Shown here in pieces: positions 17,193 to 26,990 of a DNA stretch of 63,640 bases (within the stretch, counting starts at the first letter, position 1; each line of letters begins with the position of its first letter). A program made the translations under genes and the position numbers. The DNA is taken from positions 1 through 63,640 of the forward strand of contig CALXTP010000010.1 of assembly GCA_944391435.1 (NCBI GenBank), read 5' to 3'. The notes beneath the pieces are model-generated. The model was not told the origin of the DNA. It saw only the letters and a list, made by a program, of their open reading frames with translations, and searched no databases. The stretch is from an uncultured Alphaproteobacteria bacterium (GTDB lineage Bacteria; Pseudomonadota; Alphaproteobacteria; RF32; CAG-239).

Positions 17193-19037
17193 ATGATAAA
17201 GTTAGAAAACATAACAGTTCAGATTGCCTCAAAGATATTGCTGGAAAATGCTTCGGCACAAATTGACGACGGTCAAAAGGTTGGCGTTGTCGGCACCAAC
17301 GGTTGCGGCAAAACGACATTATTTAAAGTCTTAAAAGGCGAACACGACGTCAATTCCGGCGAAGTCTTCTGTTCGCCAAATCGTGTACAGGCGTTTGTGG
17401 AACAAGAAATAAAAACAGAGGACATGGAACTGCCGATTTTAAAATATGTTTTGGGAAAAGACAGGCGCCTTGCAGAATTGCGAGCCAAAGAAAAAACGGC
17501 CACGCCAGAAGAACTTCCGGAAATTATGGAAAGGCTGTGGCTGATGGAGGCGGATTCGGCAGAAGCCAGAACGGCAGAAATTTTGGTAGGGCTCGGCTTT
17601 AATCAGGAAGATTTGTCCCGCCCGGTCAAAGATTTTTCCGGCGGTTGGCAAATGCGGTTGAATTTGGCCGGAGCATTGTTTCAACAGTCGGATATCCTGT
17701 TTTTGGATGAACCGACCAACCATTTGGACTTAGAGGCAATTGTCTGGCTGGAAAATTATCTGCGCAAGTATCGCGGCACCGTCCTGCTTATCAGCCACGA
17801 CCGGGATTTTTTGAACAATGTATGCGAAGCGGTTATCCATTTTGAGGGCGGCAAGCTGGTACGTTACGGCGGCAATTATGACAGCTTTGCGCGCCAATAT
17901 GCCCAAAAGATAGAATTGGCGGGCAAGCAGATAAAAAAGCAGAACGAGCGCCGGGCGCATTTGCAGGCGTATATAGACCGTTTCCGATATAAAGCCTCCA
18001 AAGCCAGGCAGGCGCAAAGCCGCATAAAAATGTTGGAAAAAATGGCGGATATTGATGAGGTTGCCCGCGACAAAGAGAGTATCTTTGTTTTTCCGGAAAT
18101 TAAACCGTTGCCGTCGCCGCTGATAACTTTGGAAAACGCCGCCGTGGGATATAACGGCACGCCGGTATTGAAAAAATTGTCCTTTTACATCAATCAGGAT
18201 GACCGCATTGCCCTGCTGGGCAAAAACGGCAACGGCAAATCCACGCTGGTCAAATTATTGTCCGGCCATCTGCCGCTTTTAGACGGCACGATGAAAAAGT
18301 CAGGCAAGTTGAAAATCGGCTATTTTAACCAAAATCAAACCGAAGAACTCCCGTTGGAACAAACGCCGGCGGAATATATGCAGGCGTTACAGCCGGAGAA
18401 GCCGGAACGCCTGGTACGCGCGCAGCTGGGGCAGTTCGGATTGGAACAGGAAAAAGCCGTAACCCTTATCCGCGATTTATCCGGCGGCGAAAAGACCCGT
18501 CTGCTGTTTGCCCGTATTTCTATGGAGGCGCCGGAATTATTGATTTTTGATGAACCGACCAATCATTTGGACATGGCCGGGCGCGAGGCGCTGGCAGACG
18601 CTGTAAATGCCTACCGTGGTGCCGTCATATTAATTTCGCATGATTTTCATTTGTTGGAAAGCGTTGCCGATAATTTATGGCTGGTTCATAACCATTCTTG
18701 CATGCCCTTTGACGGTGATTTGAATGACTATCGCAATTTTCTGTTGGAAAAGGATAAAAAAGCTTCCGTTAAAGAGAAAACGTTGCCTGTGAATAAAATG
18801 GAACCAAAAGCACCGTCTTCAGCCAGAAACGCCAAAGACAGCCGCAAGGACAGGGCGGCATTGCGTGAAATAGAACAAAAGCTCTCCTGCCTGGAAAAAC
18901 AAAAAGAAGGATTGCTGCAAAAATTTACAACGGCCGGTGGTAATGAAATCTCAACCTTGCAAATAGAATTACATCGGCTGGAGCAAGAGATTGCCGGTAC
19001 GGAGGAGCAATGGCTCACTTTAAGCGAAAAATTGTGA
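17193..19037 (+). CDS. ABC-F family ATPase (Uup/YheS-like)
   Basis: Two Walker A motifs ('GTNGCGKTT', 'GKNGNGKST'), two ABC signatures ('FSGGWQMRL', 'LSGGEKTRL'), no TM domain, and a coiled-coil C-terminus. Confidence 0.9.
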   Translation: MIKLENITVQIASKILLENASAQIDDGQKVGVVGTNGCGKTTLFKVLKGEHDVNSGEVFCSPNRVQAFVEQEIKTEDMELPILKYVLGKDRRLAELRAKEKTATPEELPEIMERLWLMEADSAEARTAEILVGLGFNQEDLSRPVKDFSGGWQMRLNLAGALFQQSDILFLDEPTNHLDLEAIVWLENYLRKYRGTVLLISHDRDFLNNVCEAVIHFEGGKLVRYGGNYDSFARQYAQKIELAGKQIKKQNERRAHLQAYIDRFRYKASKARQAQSRIKMLEKMADIDEVARDKESIFVFPEIKPLPSPLITLENAAVGYNGTPVLKKLSFYINQDDRIALLGKNGNGKSTLVKLLSGHLPLLDGTMKKSGKLKIGYFNQNQTEELPLEQTPAEYMQALQPEKPERLVRAQLGQFGLEQEKAVTLIRDLSGGEKTRLLFARISMEAPELLIFDEPTNHLDMAGREALADAVNAYRGAVILISHDFHLLESVADNLWLVHNHSCMPFDGDLNDYRNFLLEKDKKASVKEKTLPVNKMEPKAPSSARNAKDSRKDRAALREIEQKLSCLEKQKEGLLQKFTTAGGNEISTLQIELHRLEQEIAGTEEQWLTLSEKL

Positions 19038-19051
19038 TATGTACAAAAGTA

Positions 19052-19079
19052 TTGACAAAATGGTGGAAATATATAAAAT
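19052..19079 (+). promoter_or_regulatory. Sigma70-like promoter candidate
   Basis: TTGACA, a 16-nt spacer, then TAAAAT, ~45 nt upstream of ATG 19125. Confidence 0.4.
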
Positions 19080-19124
19080 ATACCCCGTAAATAATAAATT
19101 ATTGTATAACTAAAAAAATAAATT

Positions 19125-20096
19125 ATGAAAAAATTATTATCTTGGAGAATGGAACAGGTGTTTCAAGGCTCCGCTTGGAAAAAATTAAGTTTTATGGAAT
19201 GGGTGGCTTATGTCTGCGGAACAGCGGTATTTGTTGTAAGCTATGTTTCGTTTGCTGAACTACGGCCCTTTTGCCTGGTAGCAATATTCATTATCACAAT
19301 GGCTCTGCTGCTGGAAGTCGGTGCTGCCGATGATTATCGCAAAGTCATTATCGGCGGAAAAAAATACAAGATGTACGTATACAAAACCGGCCTGTTGTCT
19401 CCGGCTTATCAAATTGCTTTGAAGAGCAGGAGCGATATGATATTTTTGGAAGCTGACGGCTATGAAAATGAACTTTTTGCGCCGGAAGAAAAACAATTCA
19501 TTTACCGCCCGGCAAATCAAAACGAATGGTTTTTATACGACGGTACAAGCCAATATCACCGCTATTTAGGCATAAGAGTGTCCGAAACTGTTTTTATCTC
19601 CGATTCGGAAGAGGAAAACAAAACGGTTTTGCGTATCTTAAACGGCTCGCAGTTCATAGCAAAAACCGTAGATTGCTTTACCTTTGAGGTATTTGTCCCC
19701 GCTGAAGGGAAGGCAATTGCGGATAAAGATGTCCGGTATCTGGTAACTTCTGTTGCCGGAGAATACAGCGTATATGCTTTGACGTCTGCGCCAGGAGAAA
19801 ATCCGGTTCTAGAAGAACGGCAGCCTGCCGTCATTATGTGCCGGCAGAATAAAATAAACGTCAGCGTTTTAATTCTGCGGGATGGAAAATATGAGATATA
19901 TTATCAGACGGAAAGTTTTATTCCTTGTATCAACGGCCACATTGTCGAGATTGATACGGGCGTCCCGATGCATGGGCGTATTTTACGCCTTAATCCTGAA
20001 ACGATGACGTTGGAAAAACTGTTAGAAGGGCATATTAGCAGTATCGGTTTTCAGGACGGCAGTGTCATATGCGAAAACCAAAAGTTTTATTTATAA
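19125..20096 (+). CDS. Hypothetical membrane protein (two N-terminal TM segments plus a ~250-aa soluble domain)
   Basis: Open frame with its own promoter and a strong terminator. No family recognised. Confidence 0.55.
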   Translation: MKKLLSWRMEQVFQGSAWKKLSFMEWVAYVCGTAVFVVSYVSFAELRPFCLVAIFIITMALLLEVGAADDYRKVIIGGKKYKMYVYKTGLLSPAYQIALKSRSDMIFLEADGYENELFAPEEKQFIYRPANQNEWFLYDGTSQYHRYLGIRVSETVFISDSEEENKTVLRILNGSQFIAKTVDCFTFEVFVPAEGKAIADKDVRYLVTSVAGEYSVYALTSAPGENPVLEERQPAVIMCRQNKINVSVLILRDGKYEIYYQTESFIPCINGHIVEIDTGVPMHGRILRLNPETMTLEKLLEGHISSIGFQDGSVICENQKFYL

Positions 20097-20100
20097 AATT

Positions 20101-20136
20101 AAAGAAAGAGCCTCTGATTTCAGAGGCTCTTTCTTT
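20101..20136. terminator. Bidirectional intrinsic terminator
   Basis: Near-perfect ~15-bp inverted repeat AAAGAAAGAGCCTCTGA / TCAGAGGCTCTTTCTTT between convergent genes. Confidence 0.75.
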
Positions 20137-20167
20137 TGTTCAAACGGAATGTCCGGCTATTTAGATT

Positions 20168-21127
20168 TTATTTCAAGCTGTTGAGCTTATTTTGTAAGTC
20201 CTCATAGCTTCGCCCGTAAAAAGGCTCGCCGTTAATCAAAAGCATCGGCACGCCGTTAATGCCGAGCACCTGCGACAGGGAGTCTATTTCCTGAATGCCG
20301 CGGCGGATTTCTTTTTCTTCAATCATTTTTTTGATTTCATCTACATTCAAACCCTCATCAGCTAAAATCTGATTGATGCTTTCTTCGTTGAGTTCCGGCA
20401 AAGTCATCATGCCGTCAAAGACTTCCGCAAATTTGCCTTTTTCAAAAGCTGCCAACGATACTTTTGCCGCATAAGGCGAATGCTCGCTCATAAAATAAAG
20501 CGGATGGAAGACGAATTTGACATCTGGATTGTCTTTCATCAGGCGGCTCATAATCGGAGCCAGCGCTTTGCAATGCCCGCAGGCAAAATCAAAAAATTCC
20601 ACCACGGAAACTTTGGCGTCTTTGGGACCGACATACGGCGCTATGTCGCCGTTGCTCATTTCATCCCAATGATCAATAAATTTTTGGTTGGGATTATCTT
20701 GTGCTGCAGTTTCTTCTCCTGTTTGATTTTCTGTTGCGGCGTTGCCTTCTGCCTGGGCAGCCGTTGTTATAGCTTGCTTAAATTCATCGGTATCGGACAA
20801 GATTTTCATAACTGTTGCTGCATTGTTGCTGATAAAGTTTTCTAGAATATAGGGGTTATTTTCCAGAAAATATTTAATTTTTTCGTTTAATTCTTCATCG
20901 CCGATGGAAGAAAAGCTGCGCACCACCGTCCCAAAGTTATCATTTTTTGAAACAGCTTCCAAAACAGCTTGCGGATGGTTATCTATATACAAGGCGATAG
21001 ATTTCTCCATCTGCGCCTGCCGTTCCTGCTGTTTTTCGGGGCAATTCCCTTCCATATACAAAACGACACCTGCCCCCATGGCCGCCAAAACCAGTACGGC
21101 CAGATATTTAAGAACAATTTTCATCAT
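20168..21127 (-). CDS. DsbA-family thiol:disulfide oxidoreductase with a long N-terminal extension (Com1-like)
   Basis: Signal/anchor 'LKYLAVLVLAAMGAGVVL', the thioredoxin motif 'EFFDFACGHCK', and 'GINGVPMLLING'. Confidence 0.85.
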   Translation of the reverse strand: MMKIVLKYLAVLVLAAMGAGVVLYMEGNCPEKQQERQAQMEKSIALYIDNHPQAVLEAVSKNDNFGTVVRSFSSIGDEELNEKIKYFLENNPYILENFISNNAATVMKILSDTDEFKQAITTAAQAEGNAATENQTGEETAAQDNPNQKFIDHWDEMSNGDIAPYVGPKDAKVSVVEFFDFACGHCKALAPIMSRLMKDNPDVKFVFHPLYFMSEHSPYAAKVSLAAFEKGKFAEVFDGMMTLPELNEESINQILADEGLNVDEIKKMIEEKEIRRGIQEIDSLSQVLGINGVPMLLINGEPFYGRSYEDLQNKLNSLK

Positions 21128-21282
21128 TTAAAAACTCCTCAAAACACTACTAAAAGCAATTTAAAACATTCAAGGCATTATGCAAGATTTTTTTAGGAAT
21201 ACTCAGGTATAATTTTAAAGAATAAAAAATTCTCATGTTGTGCTGCTTTTTATCAGCCTTAACGAAAGTTTATTTTTTTTAT

Positions 21283-21311
21283 AAGAAAAAGCCTGCCCGT
21301 TTGGGGCAGGC
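21283..21311 (-). terminator. Intrinsic terminator of the second dsbA-like gene
   Basis: Stem GCCTGCCC/GGGCAGGC, followed on the minus strand by a U-run. Confidence 0.7.
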
Positions 21312-21334
21312 CGAAAGCAAAATCAACAATCAGA

Positions 21335-22102
21335 TTATTTCAGATTATCAATTGCGTTCTGGATAGAAGCAGAATCAATCGCCGGCAGAGCCTCACCGTT
21401 AATAATCAGTGTCGGAACGCCGCGGATTTCAACTTTTTGCGACAAGCTTGCAATAGCGGAAATCTCTTTGGCTATTTCATCGCTTTCTGCCAGTTTTTTC
21501 GTTTTTTCAACGTCTAAACCGGCATCTTTAACGGCCTTTTCAACAACAGCCGTTGTAATTTGTCCGTTATGTGTAAGCAGGGCTTCGTAAACTTCAAGGA
21601 ATTTGCCTTGCTTGTTTGCGGCCAAAGCCATCTTAGCCGTCGGCATAGAGCCTAAGAACGTAACCGGCTTGAAGACAACTTTGACTTTCGGATTGTTTTT
21701 GATGACTTTCATCAATTCCGGAGCCAGACGCTTGCAGTAGCCGCAGTTGAAATCAAAGAATTCAACAATGGTAATTTTTGCATCTTTCGGTCCGACAAAT
21801 GGCGAACCCTCATAGCTGCTCAAATCTTTCCAGTTGGCTTTATAGAGTTCGGCAATACGCTTCTGAGCTTCTTCCTGCTCTTTCTGCTCTGCCAAAACCA
21901 AAGCTTCGCGAATCTTTGTCGGATTTTCAACAAGGTAGCTCTCAATAGCTTTGTTGATATCAGTATTGCCGGCCGTCGCCGCCGCATCCGAAGCGGAGTT
22001 CGCCCCGCCGCTGATTGTGGCGCACAGTGCAACCGAAACGACAACGCTGCAAATAACTGATACTAAAATGGTAATGATATTATCTTTTTGCATATTTCCC
22101 AT
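21335..22102 (-). CDS. DsbA-family thiol:disulfide oxidoreductase (Com1-like), paralog
   Basis: Contains 'EFFDFNCGYCK' and 'IRGVPTLIING'. The start may instead be ATG 22093, which has a better RBS spacing. Confidence 0.85.
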   Translation of the reverse strand: MGNMQKDNIITILVSVICSVVVSVALCATISGGANSASDAAATAGNTDINKAIESYLVENPTKIREALVLAEQKEQEEAQKRIAELYKANWKDLSSYEGSPFVGPKDAKITIVEFFDFNCGYCKRLAPELMKVIKNNPKVKVVFKPVTFLGSMPTAKMALAANKQGKFLEVYEALLTHNGQITTAVVEKAVKDAGLDVEKTKKLAESDEIAKEISAIASLSQKVEIRGVPTLIINGEALPAIDSASIQNAIDNLK

Positions 22103-22360
22103 CCTTAAAAAGTGTTATATAACATTTCAAAGCTAATAAAATAAAAAAATAATTGCAAGCGCAAAATAAAATATGTTGACAGGCAAATCAAGGGGTACGC
22201 CGGTATTTAACAAAAAAGGGAAAAAGATTGACGGGCGGAGAAAAAGGGATAATAATTCTTAAAGAGGGATACCGGCAATATGGCAATGCCGTGAAGAACC
22301 GCGACCGTGCCGCCGCGGAAAGCTGTTGCATATTAAAATGGAATAGGAAGGGAAGTAAAA

Positions 22361-23020
22361 ATGTTCAATGTCAAAATTTCGCTGTTTGCCCGCACCCGCG
22401 ATTTGGAACACAATATTGATAATTTGCATGATAAAATAATTGAGATGACGATGGTTTTCAAAGAAGCGGTAGATATTTACCTGAAAGAACGCCGCAGCGA
22501 AACCTACCGCCATGTCAGCAAAAAGATAAAGACGATTGAACACGATTCGGATAAGCTGCGCCGGGAGATAGAAAGCAAATTGTATGAAGAAAACCTGATA
22601 CCTGATTTGCGCGGCAATATTTTAAAATTGGTAGAAAATTTGGACCGTGTCATTAATCTGTTTGACGAAGTGGCGCACAAATTTTACATTGAGCAGCCGG
22701 AAATCCCTGAAATATACCATGGCCAGCTGCGTGAATTGGTCGCCCAGGTGGCGGATTGTGCCGAAAACATGGCCATTGCTTCGCGTGCATTTTTCCGCGA
22801 TTTGGTAACTTTGCGCGATTATTCGCAAAAAGTATACCTTTTGGAGCATCAGAGCGATAAGACGGCGGCCAAATTGCGCCGGCAGGTTTTTGAATCGGAT
22901 ATGGACTTGGCCCGCAAAATGCAAATCAATAATTTTGTGGAAGAAGTGGCGGATATTGCCGACCTTGCCGAAGACTGTATTGACGCGTTGCTGATTTTCG
23001 CGATTAAAAGGGAAATCTGA
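22361..23020 (+). CDS. DUF47/TIGR00153 PhoU-like phosphate-transport regulator
   Basis: 219-aa helical protein immediately upstream of the PiT transporter, which is the classic pairing. Confidence 0.75.
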   Translation: MFNVKISLFARTRDLEHNIDNLHDKIIEMTMVFKEAVDIYLKERRSETYRHVSKKIKTIEHDSDKLRREIESKLYEENLIPDLRGNILKLVENLDRVINLFDEVAHKFYIEQPEIPEIYHGQLRELVAQVADCAENMAIASRAFFRDLVTLRDYSQKVYLLEHQSDKTAAKLRRQVFESDMDLARKMQINNFVEEVADIADLAEDCIDALLIFAIKREI

Positions 23021-23022
23021 TA

Positions 23023-24075
23023 ATGTTTGAGTACCTTTTTTTTCTTTCCAGCGGTTTATTTTTAGGATGGTCATTGGGAGCCAACGATGCGTCCAATATA
23101 TTCGGGACGGCCGTCGGGACAAAAATGTTGCGGTTTCGCACTGCGGCGGCCATTGCCTGCGTCTTTCTAATTTTGGGCGCCGTGGCCAGTGGGCAGAATA
23201 CGGCGGAAACGCTAAACAATTTAGGCGGCGTAAATACTTTGGCCGCAGCTTTTACGGTGTCGCTGTCTTCGGCGCTGGCTGTCCTTATGATGTTAAAATC
23301 AGGCATCAGCGTTTCCATTTCGCAGGCCATCGTCGGCGGTATTATCGGTTGGAACGTCTACAATCATAAGCCGACGGATATGGACACGCTTGCTTCAATA
23401 TGCGCGTCATGGATATGCTGCCCGGTCATATCGGGCGCACTGGCTGTTTTGTTGTATTTGTGCGTCCGAAACATTCTTCACCATACAAAGGTGCATATCC
23501 TGTGGCAGGATATGGCGGTGCGTGTGGGAATGATTCTGACCACGGCATTGGGCGGATTTGCCCTCGGCGCCAACAATATGGCCAACGTGGTGGGGGTTTT
23601 TATTGATTCAAATGTTTTCAGCCCGTTGAAGATAGGCAATATATATACATTAAACGGTACGCAGGTCTTGTTTTTGCTTGGTGCCGTTGCGGCGTGCATC
23701 GGCATTTTTACATATTCGCAAAAAGCGATTAAAACCGTCGGCAAAAACGTTTTATCTTGTTCGCCGACGGTTGCCTGGATTGTCATATTGTCGGAGTCGC
23801 TGGTATTGATACTCTTTTCATCGGAAACGCTGGAACGCTTTTTGCTGTCAATAAATCTGCCGCCATTGCCGGCTGTGCCGGTATCCAGCACGCAAGCGGT
23901 TATCGGGGCGATTGTGGGTATCGGGTTGGTTAAGGGCGGCAAAGGCATCAAATGGAGCCTGGTCTTAAAAGTTGTTTCCGGCTGGGTTGCTACCCCCGTC
24001 ATTGCATTTGTTTTGAGCTTTATTTCGCTGTTTTTTATGGAAAACGTTTTTAAGCAGACAATATTTATGCCATAG
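23023..24075 (+). CDS. Inorganic phosphate transporter, PiT family
   Basis: 'GANDASNIFGTAVG' and a second-half 'GANNMANVVG' are the PHO4 signature repeats. Polytopic. Confidence 0.9.
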   Translation: MFEYLFFLSSGLFLGWSLGANDASNIFGTAVGTKMLRFRTAAAIACVFLILGAVASGQNTAETLNNLGGVNTLAAAFTVSLSSALAVLMMLKSGISVSISQAIVGGIIGWNVYNHKPTDMDTLASICASWICCPVISGALAVLLYLCVRNILHHTKVHILWQDMAVRVGMILTTALGGFALGANNMANVVGVFIDSNVFSPLKIGNIYTLNGTQVLFLLGAVAACIGIFTYSQKAIKTVGKNVLSCSPTVAWIVILSESLVLILFSSETLERFLLSINLPPLPAVPVSSTQAVIGAIVGIGLVKGGKGIKWSLVLKVVSGWVATPVIAFVLSFISLFFMENVFKQTIFMP

Positions 24076-24083
24076 GGGGGGCA

Positions 24084-25595
24084 ATGTCGTATCTGAAAAC
24101 TTTATACTATAAATTTCCGACATTGTTTTTCTGTGCCCATTTGGCAGCGGGATTGGTTTTTTGCCTTTATGTCGCGTGGTACACGGATACGCTCGGCGGC
24201 GATACGTTGGAACATATCCATTCGTCGTGGCTGGTATTTGCCAATTTTGTTCCGTATAAAGATTTTTTTCAGCATCATAACCCTTTGTTGTGGTATATGT
24301 TTGCACCGGTTGTCGGATGGCATGCCCGGGGGCTTGACGATAACATAATCACTTCATTGGCAGAAACGGCATCGGTTTTGGTATCGTTTTTAAACTATTT
24401 CTACCTCTATCTGATAGCTTCAAGGTTTTGTACCGGCAGGCGCGGCGGGCTGTTGGCGGCGTCATTGGCCGTAACGCCGTATATAGTCGTGTCGCTGTCG
24501 TCTTTTCGTCCCGATAATTTTATGATGGCGGCGTTCTTTGCCGGATTGTACCATTATTTTGCTTATTTAAAGCAAAAGAAGCTCTGGCAGTTGTGCTTGG
24601 CGCTGCTGTTGTTTTGGGCGTCTTTTATGTTTCTGCAAAAAATTATTTTTACATTGGCTTTGATGGGCATAATTTCCTTGTATTTATTGTATCGCCGCCA
24701 AATTCGCTGGCCGGATATGGGGTATGCGCTGCTTTTGCCGGTGTGCCTGAGTTTGCTGTTTGCGGTATATCTGTGGCAAAACGGCATCTTGGCCGTTTGG
24801 TATCATTCCAATTTCACGTTTAATTTGCACATCCCGGAGTTATTTGCCGGCCGGCGGGTCGGAATGTTGTGGCCGGAATTGAAGCTCTTGGTCTTGGGCA
24901 GTTTTCTGGCGATAATATTTTGCTGGCGCGGTTCGGAAATTTATTTTAAGATTCTGGTCATATTGTTTTTTGCCGAATTGTTGCAGCGTTTGCTGTATTT
25001 TTCCGCGTTCGCGTATTATTTTTATTTGCTGGTTTATGTGGCGGCAATTTTGTGTGCGGTCTTTCTGGAAGAAAAAATTTTCAAAAAGAAATTTGTCTTT
25101 ATTTATTTACTGGTGGCTGCATTGGGATTTTGCATGTATAAGCCGGCAGTTTACAATGGCAACATCGGCAATCGGGTCGGGCGCTTTTATGAGCCGCTGA
25201 ATAAAAAGATTTTACATTATATAACGCCGTGCGACTACGTCTTAAATGGTGACGGGACAATCTACAATTTATACAATCGCGACCCGCATTACTATTGGAA
25301 TTTGCTGGGGCAATTGGATGTAATAGGTGCTAAGGTCGGTATTCGCCCGCTGATGGACATTAACAAAGTCATTATGGCTTACAAGCCGAAAATTATTTCT
25401 GCCGCCCCATATCGGGATAAATATGCTTCCGAGCGCGGGATAGACATATATGTCCACCGGCCGGACATGGAGTTGGTAAACAAATATTATAAGCGTTTTG
25501 ACAATTCGGACGTCCTTTATATCCTAAAGCCGGAATACAGCAAATTAAAGTGTGAATATGATTACAAAAAGCGTTTTTACCGTGCGTATGACTAG
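24084..25595 (+). CDS. GT-C-fold membrane glycosyltransferase (ArnT/PMT-like), tentative
   Basis: The 503-aa product has about 11 TM segments followed by a ~150-aa soluble C-terminal domain. An acidic first-loop motif 'GGDTLEH' is present. The architecture is typical of polyprenyl-phosphate-sugar-dependent transferases. Confidence 0.5.
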   Translation: MSYLKTLYYKFPTLFFCAHLAAGLVFCLYVAWYTDTLGGDTLEHIHSSWLVFANFVPYKDFFQHHNPLLWYMFAPVVGWHARGLDDNIITSLAETASVLVSFLNYFYLYLIASRFCTGRRGGLLAASLAVTPYIVVSLSSFRPDNFMMAAFFAGLYHYFAYLKQKKLWQLCLALLLFWASFMFLQKIIFTLALMGIISLYLLYRRQIRWPDMGYALLLPVCLSLLFAVYLWQNGILAVWYHSNFTFNLHIPELFAGRRVGMLWPELKLLVLGSFLAIIFCWRGSEIYFKILVILFFAELLQRLLYFSAFAYYFYLLVYVAAILCAVFLEEKIFKKKFVFIYLLVAALGFCMYKPAVYNGNIGNRVGRFYEPLNKKILHYITPCDYVLNGDGTIYNLYNRDPHYYWNLLGQLDVIGAKVGIRPLMDINKVIMAYKPKIISAAPYRDKYASERGIDIYVHRPDMELVNKYYKRFDNSDVLYILKPEYSKLKCEYDYKKRFYRAYD

Positions 25596-25685
25596 AGATA
25601 AAAAAGCAGGCATGCAAAAAAGTGATTGACAAATCATAAAAGATATTTTAGTCATATTTGTCTAAAATAATGAAAGGGATAAATA

Positions 25686-26933
25686 ATGACTGTTTTTTCG
25701 GTTATCCGGCAAAAAATAAAAGAAAGTCAGGGAAAAAGTTTTGCCTTGCTGGCGGAACGGACGGATAAGACATCTGTCGCGCCGCATGGCATAAAAGTTG
25801 CTGAAAATATTTCCCCGGAGGAAACGGCGGTATTGGTTCTTGGCGGTTTCGGCGGGCAGGGGGTGCATCTTCGCGGCTATAACGGATATTTGAAAAAGAC
25901 GGACGAATTCATTAAAACGCATCCGGAGTTTCAGGGGAAGAATGTCCGGGTCTGCGTAGCCGTTTGCTATATCGGATCATATTATGATGAAAAAATAATA
26001 CAGAAGTGCATGTATGATAAAAGAATGCTGGCAAAGGCCTGCACAAAAGATATAACGGATATGTATCGGGAAGAAACCTTAAACCCCGGGTATATACGAG
26101 ATATTTTTAACGCAGCTTTTCTGCCGCGCATATCACGCAAGGGCGGAACGGAACGCCTGTCGGCAGAACAGGCATCGCGGAATATCCGCCGCCTGAATAT
26201 TATAACGCATTGCCATGGCAGTTATGATGCGTTGTGCTTGGAACAGATGATGCTGGAAAAAATGTCTGAGTTGGGATATGCGCCGTCCGAGCAGCGCAAA
26301 GTTGTCCGCAGCCTTCTGGTTTTGAATTATGCGCCGGTTTGTGCACAGGACATGGCAAAGTCGCAGTTTATATCAATTGAAAGTGCGGCTGATGACCATA
26401 ATAGGTACCAGACGGATTTTAAAGAATATTTGCAGATGAAATCTTTTGATTTCGGTCTGATTCGCATGCCGAAACAGAATGGAAATATATTAATGTGTAC
26501 TAAGATAGATAAAAGCGGCATAGAGGGAAATCCACCAAAAGTCGTGATATTAAGGCCGGTAACGGGCGATGAAATTTTTAACAGACCGAAAGCAGGCAGA
26601 GAAAAAAAAGATGAGCTCAAAAAACTTGGCGAACATGAATTTTTAGGATTTAAAAAAGTGGCAAATATGAGCAATGGGGCAGTGAAAATGCAGTCTTTCG
26701 CCAACAATATTCTGAAAAACGCGGTATTAAACTCTCTGGCGCAAAATAAAGAAAAGGCAGTACCGCTTCCCCCGCTCCGTAAGCTTGCCTGCGATACGCC
26801 GGAACAATATGCCGAATTTTCCCGTGCATACCTGAAAGGCTGGCAGCTGATAATACGCTGCATTCATTCCAATCAGAAAAAATTAGCTGCATTCATCCGT
26901 TATCATCAGGCGCACAGGGTAGAACTGGGCTGA
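25686..26933 (+). CDS. Hypothetical protein (415 aa), possible alpha/beta-hydrolase-like fold
   Basis: Good RBS (GAAAGGGA). 'AVLVLGGFGGQG' and 'RLNIITHCHGSYD' look like the oxyanion and nucleophile-elbow strands. No family recognised. Confidence 0.55.
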   Translation: MTVFSVIRQKIKESQGKSFALLAERTDKTSVAPHGIKVAENISPEETAVLVLGGFGGQGVHLRGYNGYLKKTDEFIKTHPEFQGKNVRVCVAVCYIGSYYDEKIIQKCMYDKRMLAKACTKDITDMYREETLNPGYIRDIFNAAFLPRISRKGGTERLSAEQASRNIRRLNIITHCHGSYDALCLEQMMLEKMSELGYAPSEQRKVVRSLLVLNYAPVCAQDMAKSQFISIESAADDHNRYQTDFKEYLQMKSFDFGLIRMPKQNGNILMCTKIDKSGIEGNPPKVVILRPVTGDEIFNRPKAGREKKDELKKLGEHEFLGFKKVANMSNGAVKMQSFANNILKNAVLNSLAQNKEKAVPLPPLRKLACDTPEQYAEFSRAYLKGWQLIIRCIHSNQKKLAAFIRYHQAHRVELG

Positions 26934-26990
26934 CAAAAACACCTGCTGTAACTAACACAAAAAGCCTGCCGTATTTCGGAATGCGGACGG

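Noticed and set aside
22228-22419. 63-aa ORF in the leader of the DUF47-PiT operon
   Set aside because: It overlaps the well-supported DUF47 start, has no RBS, and has a composition unlike the neighbouring genes.
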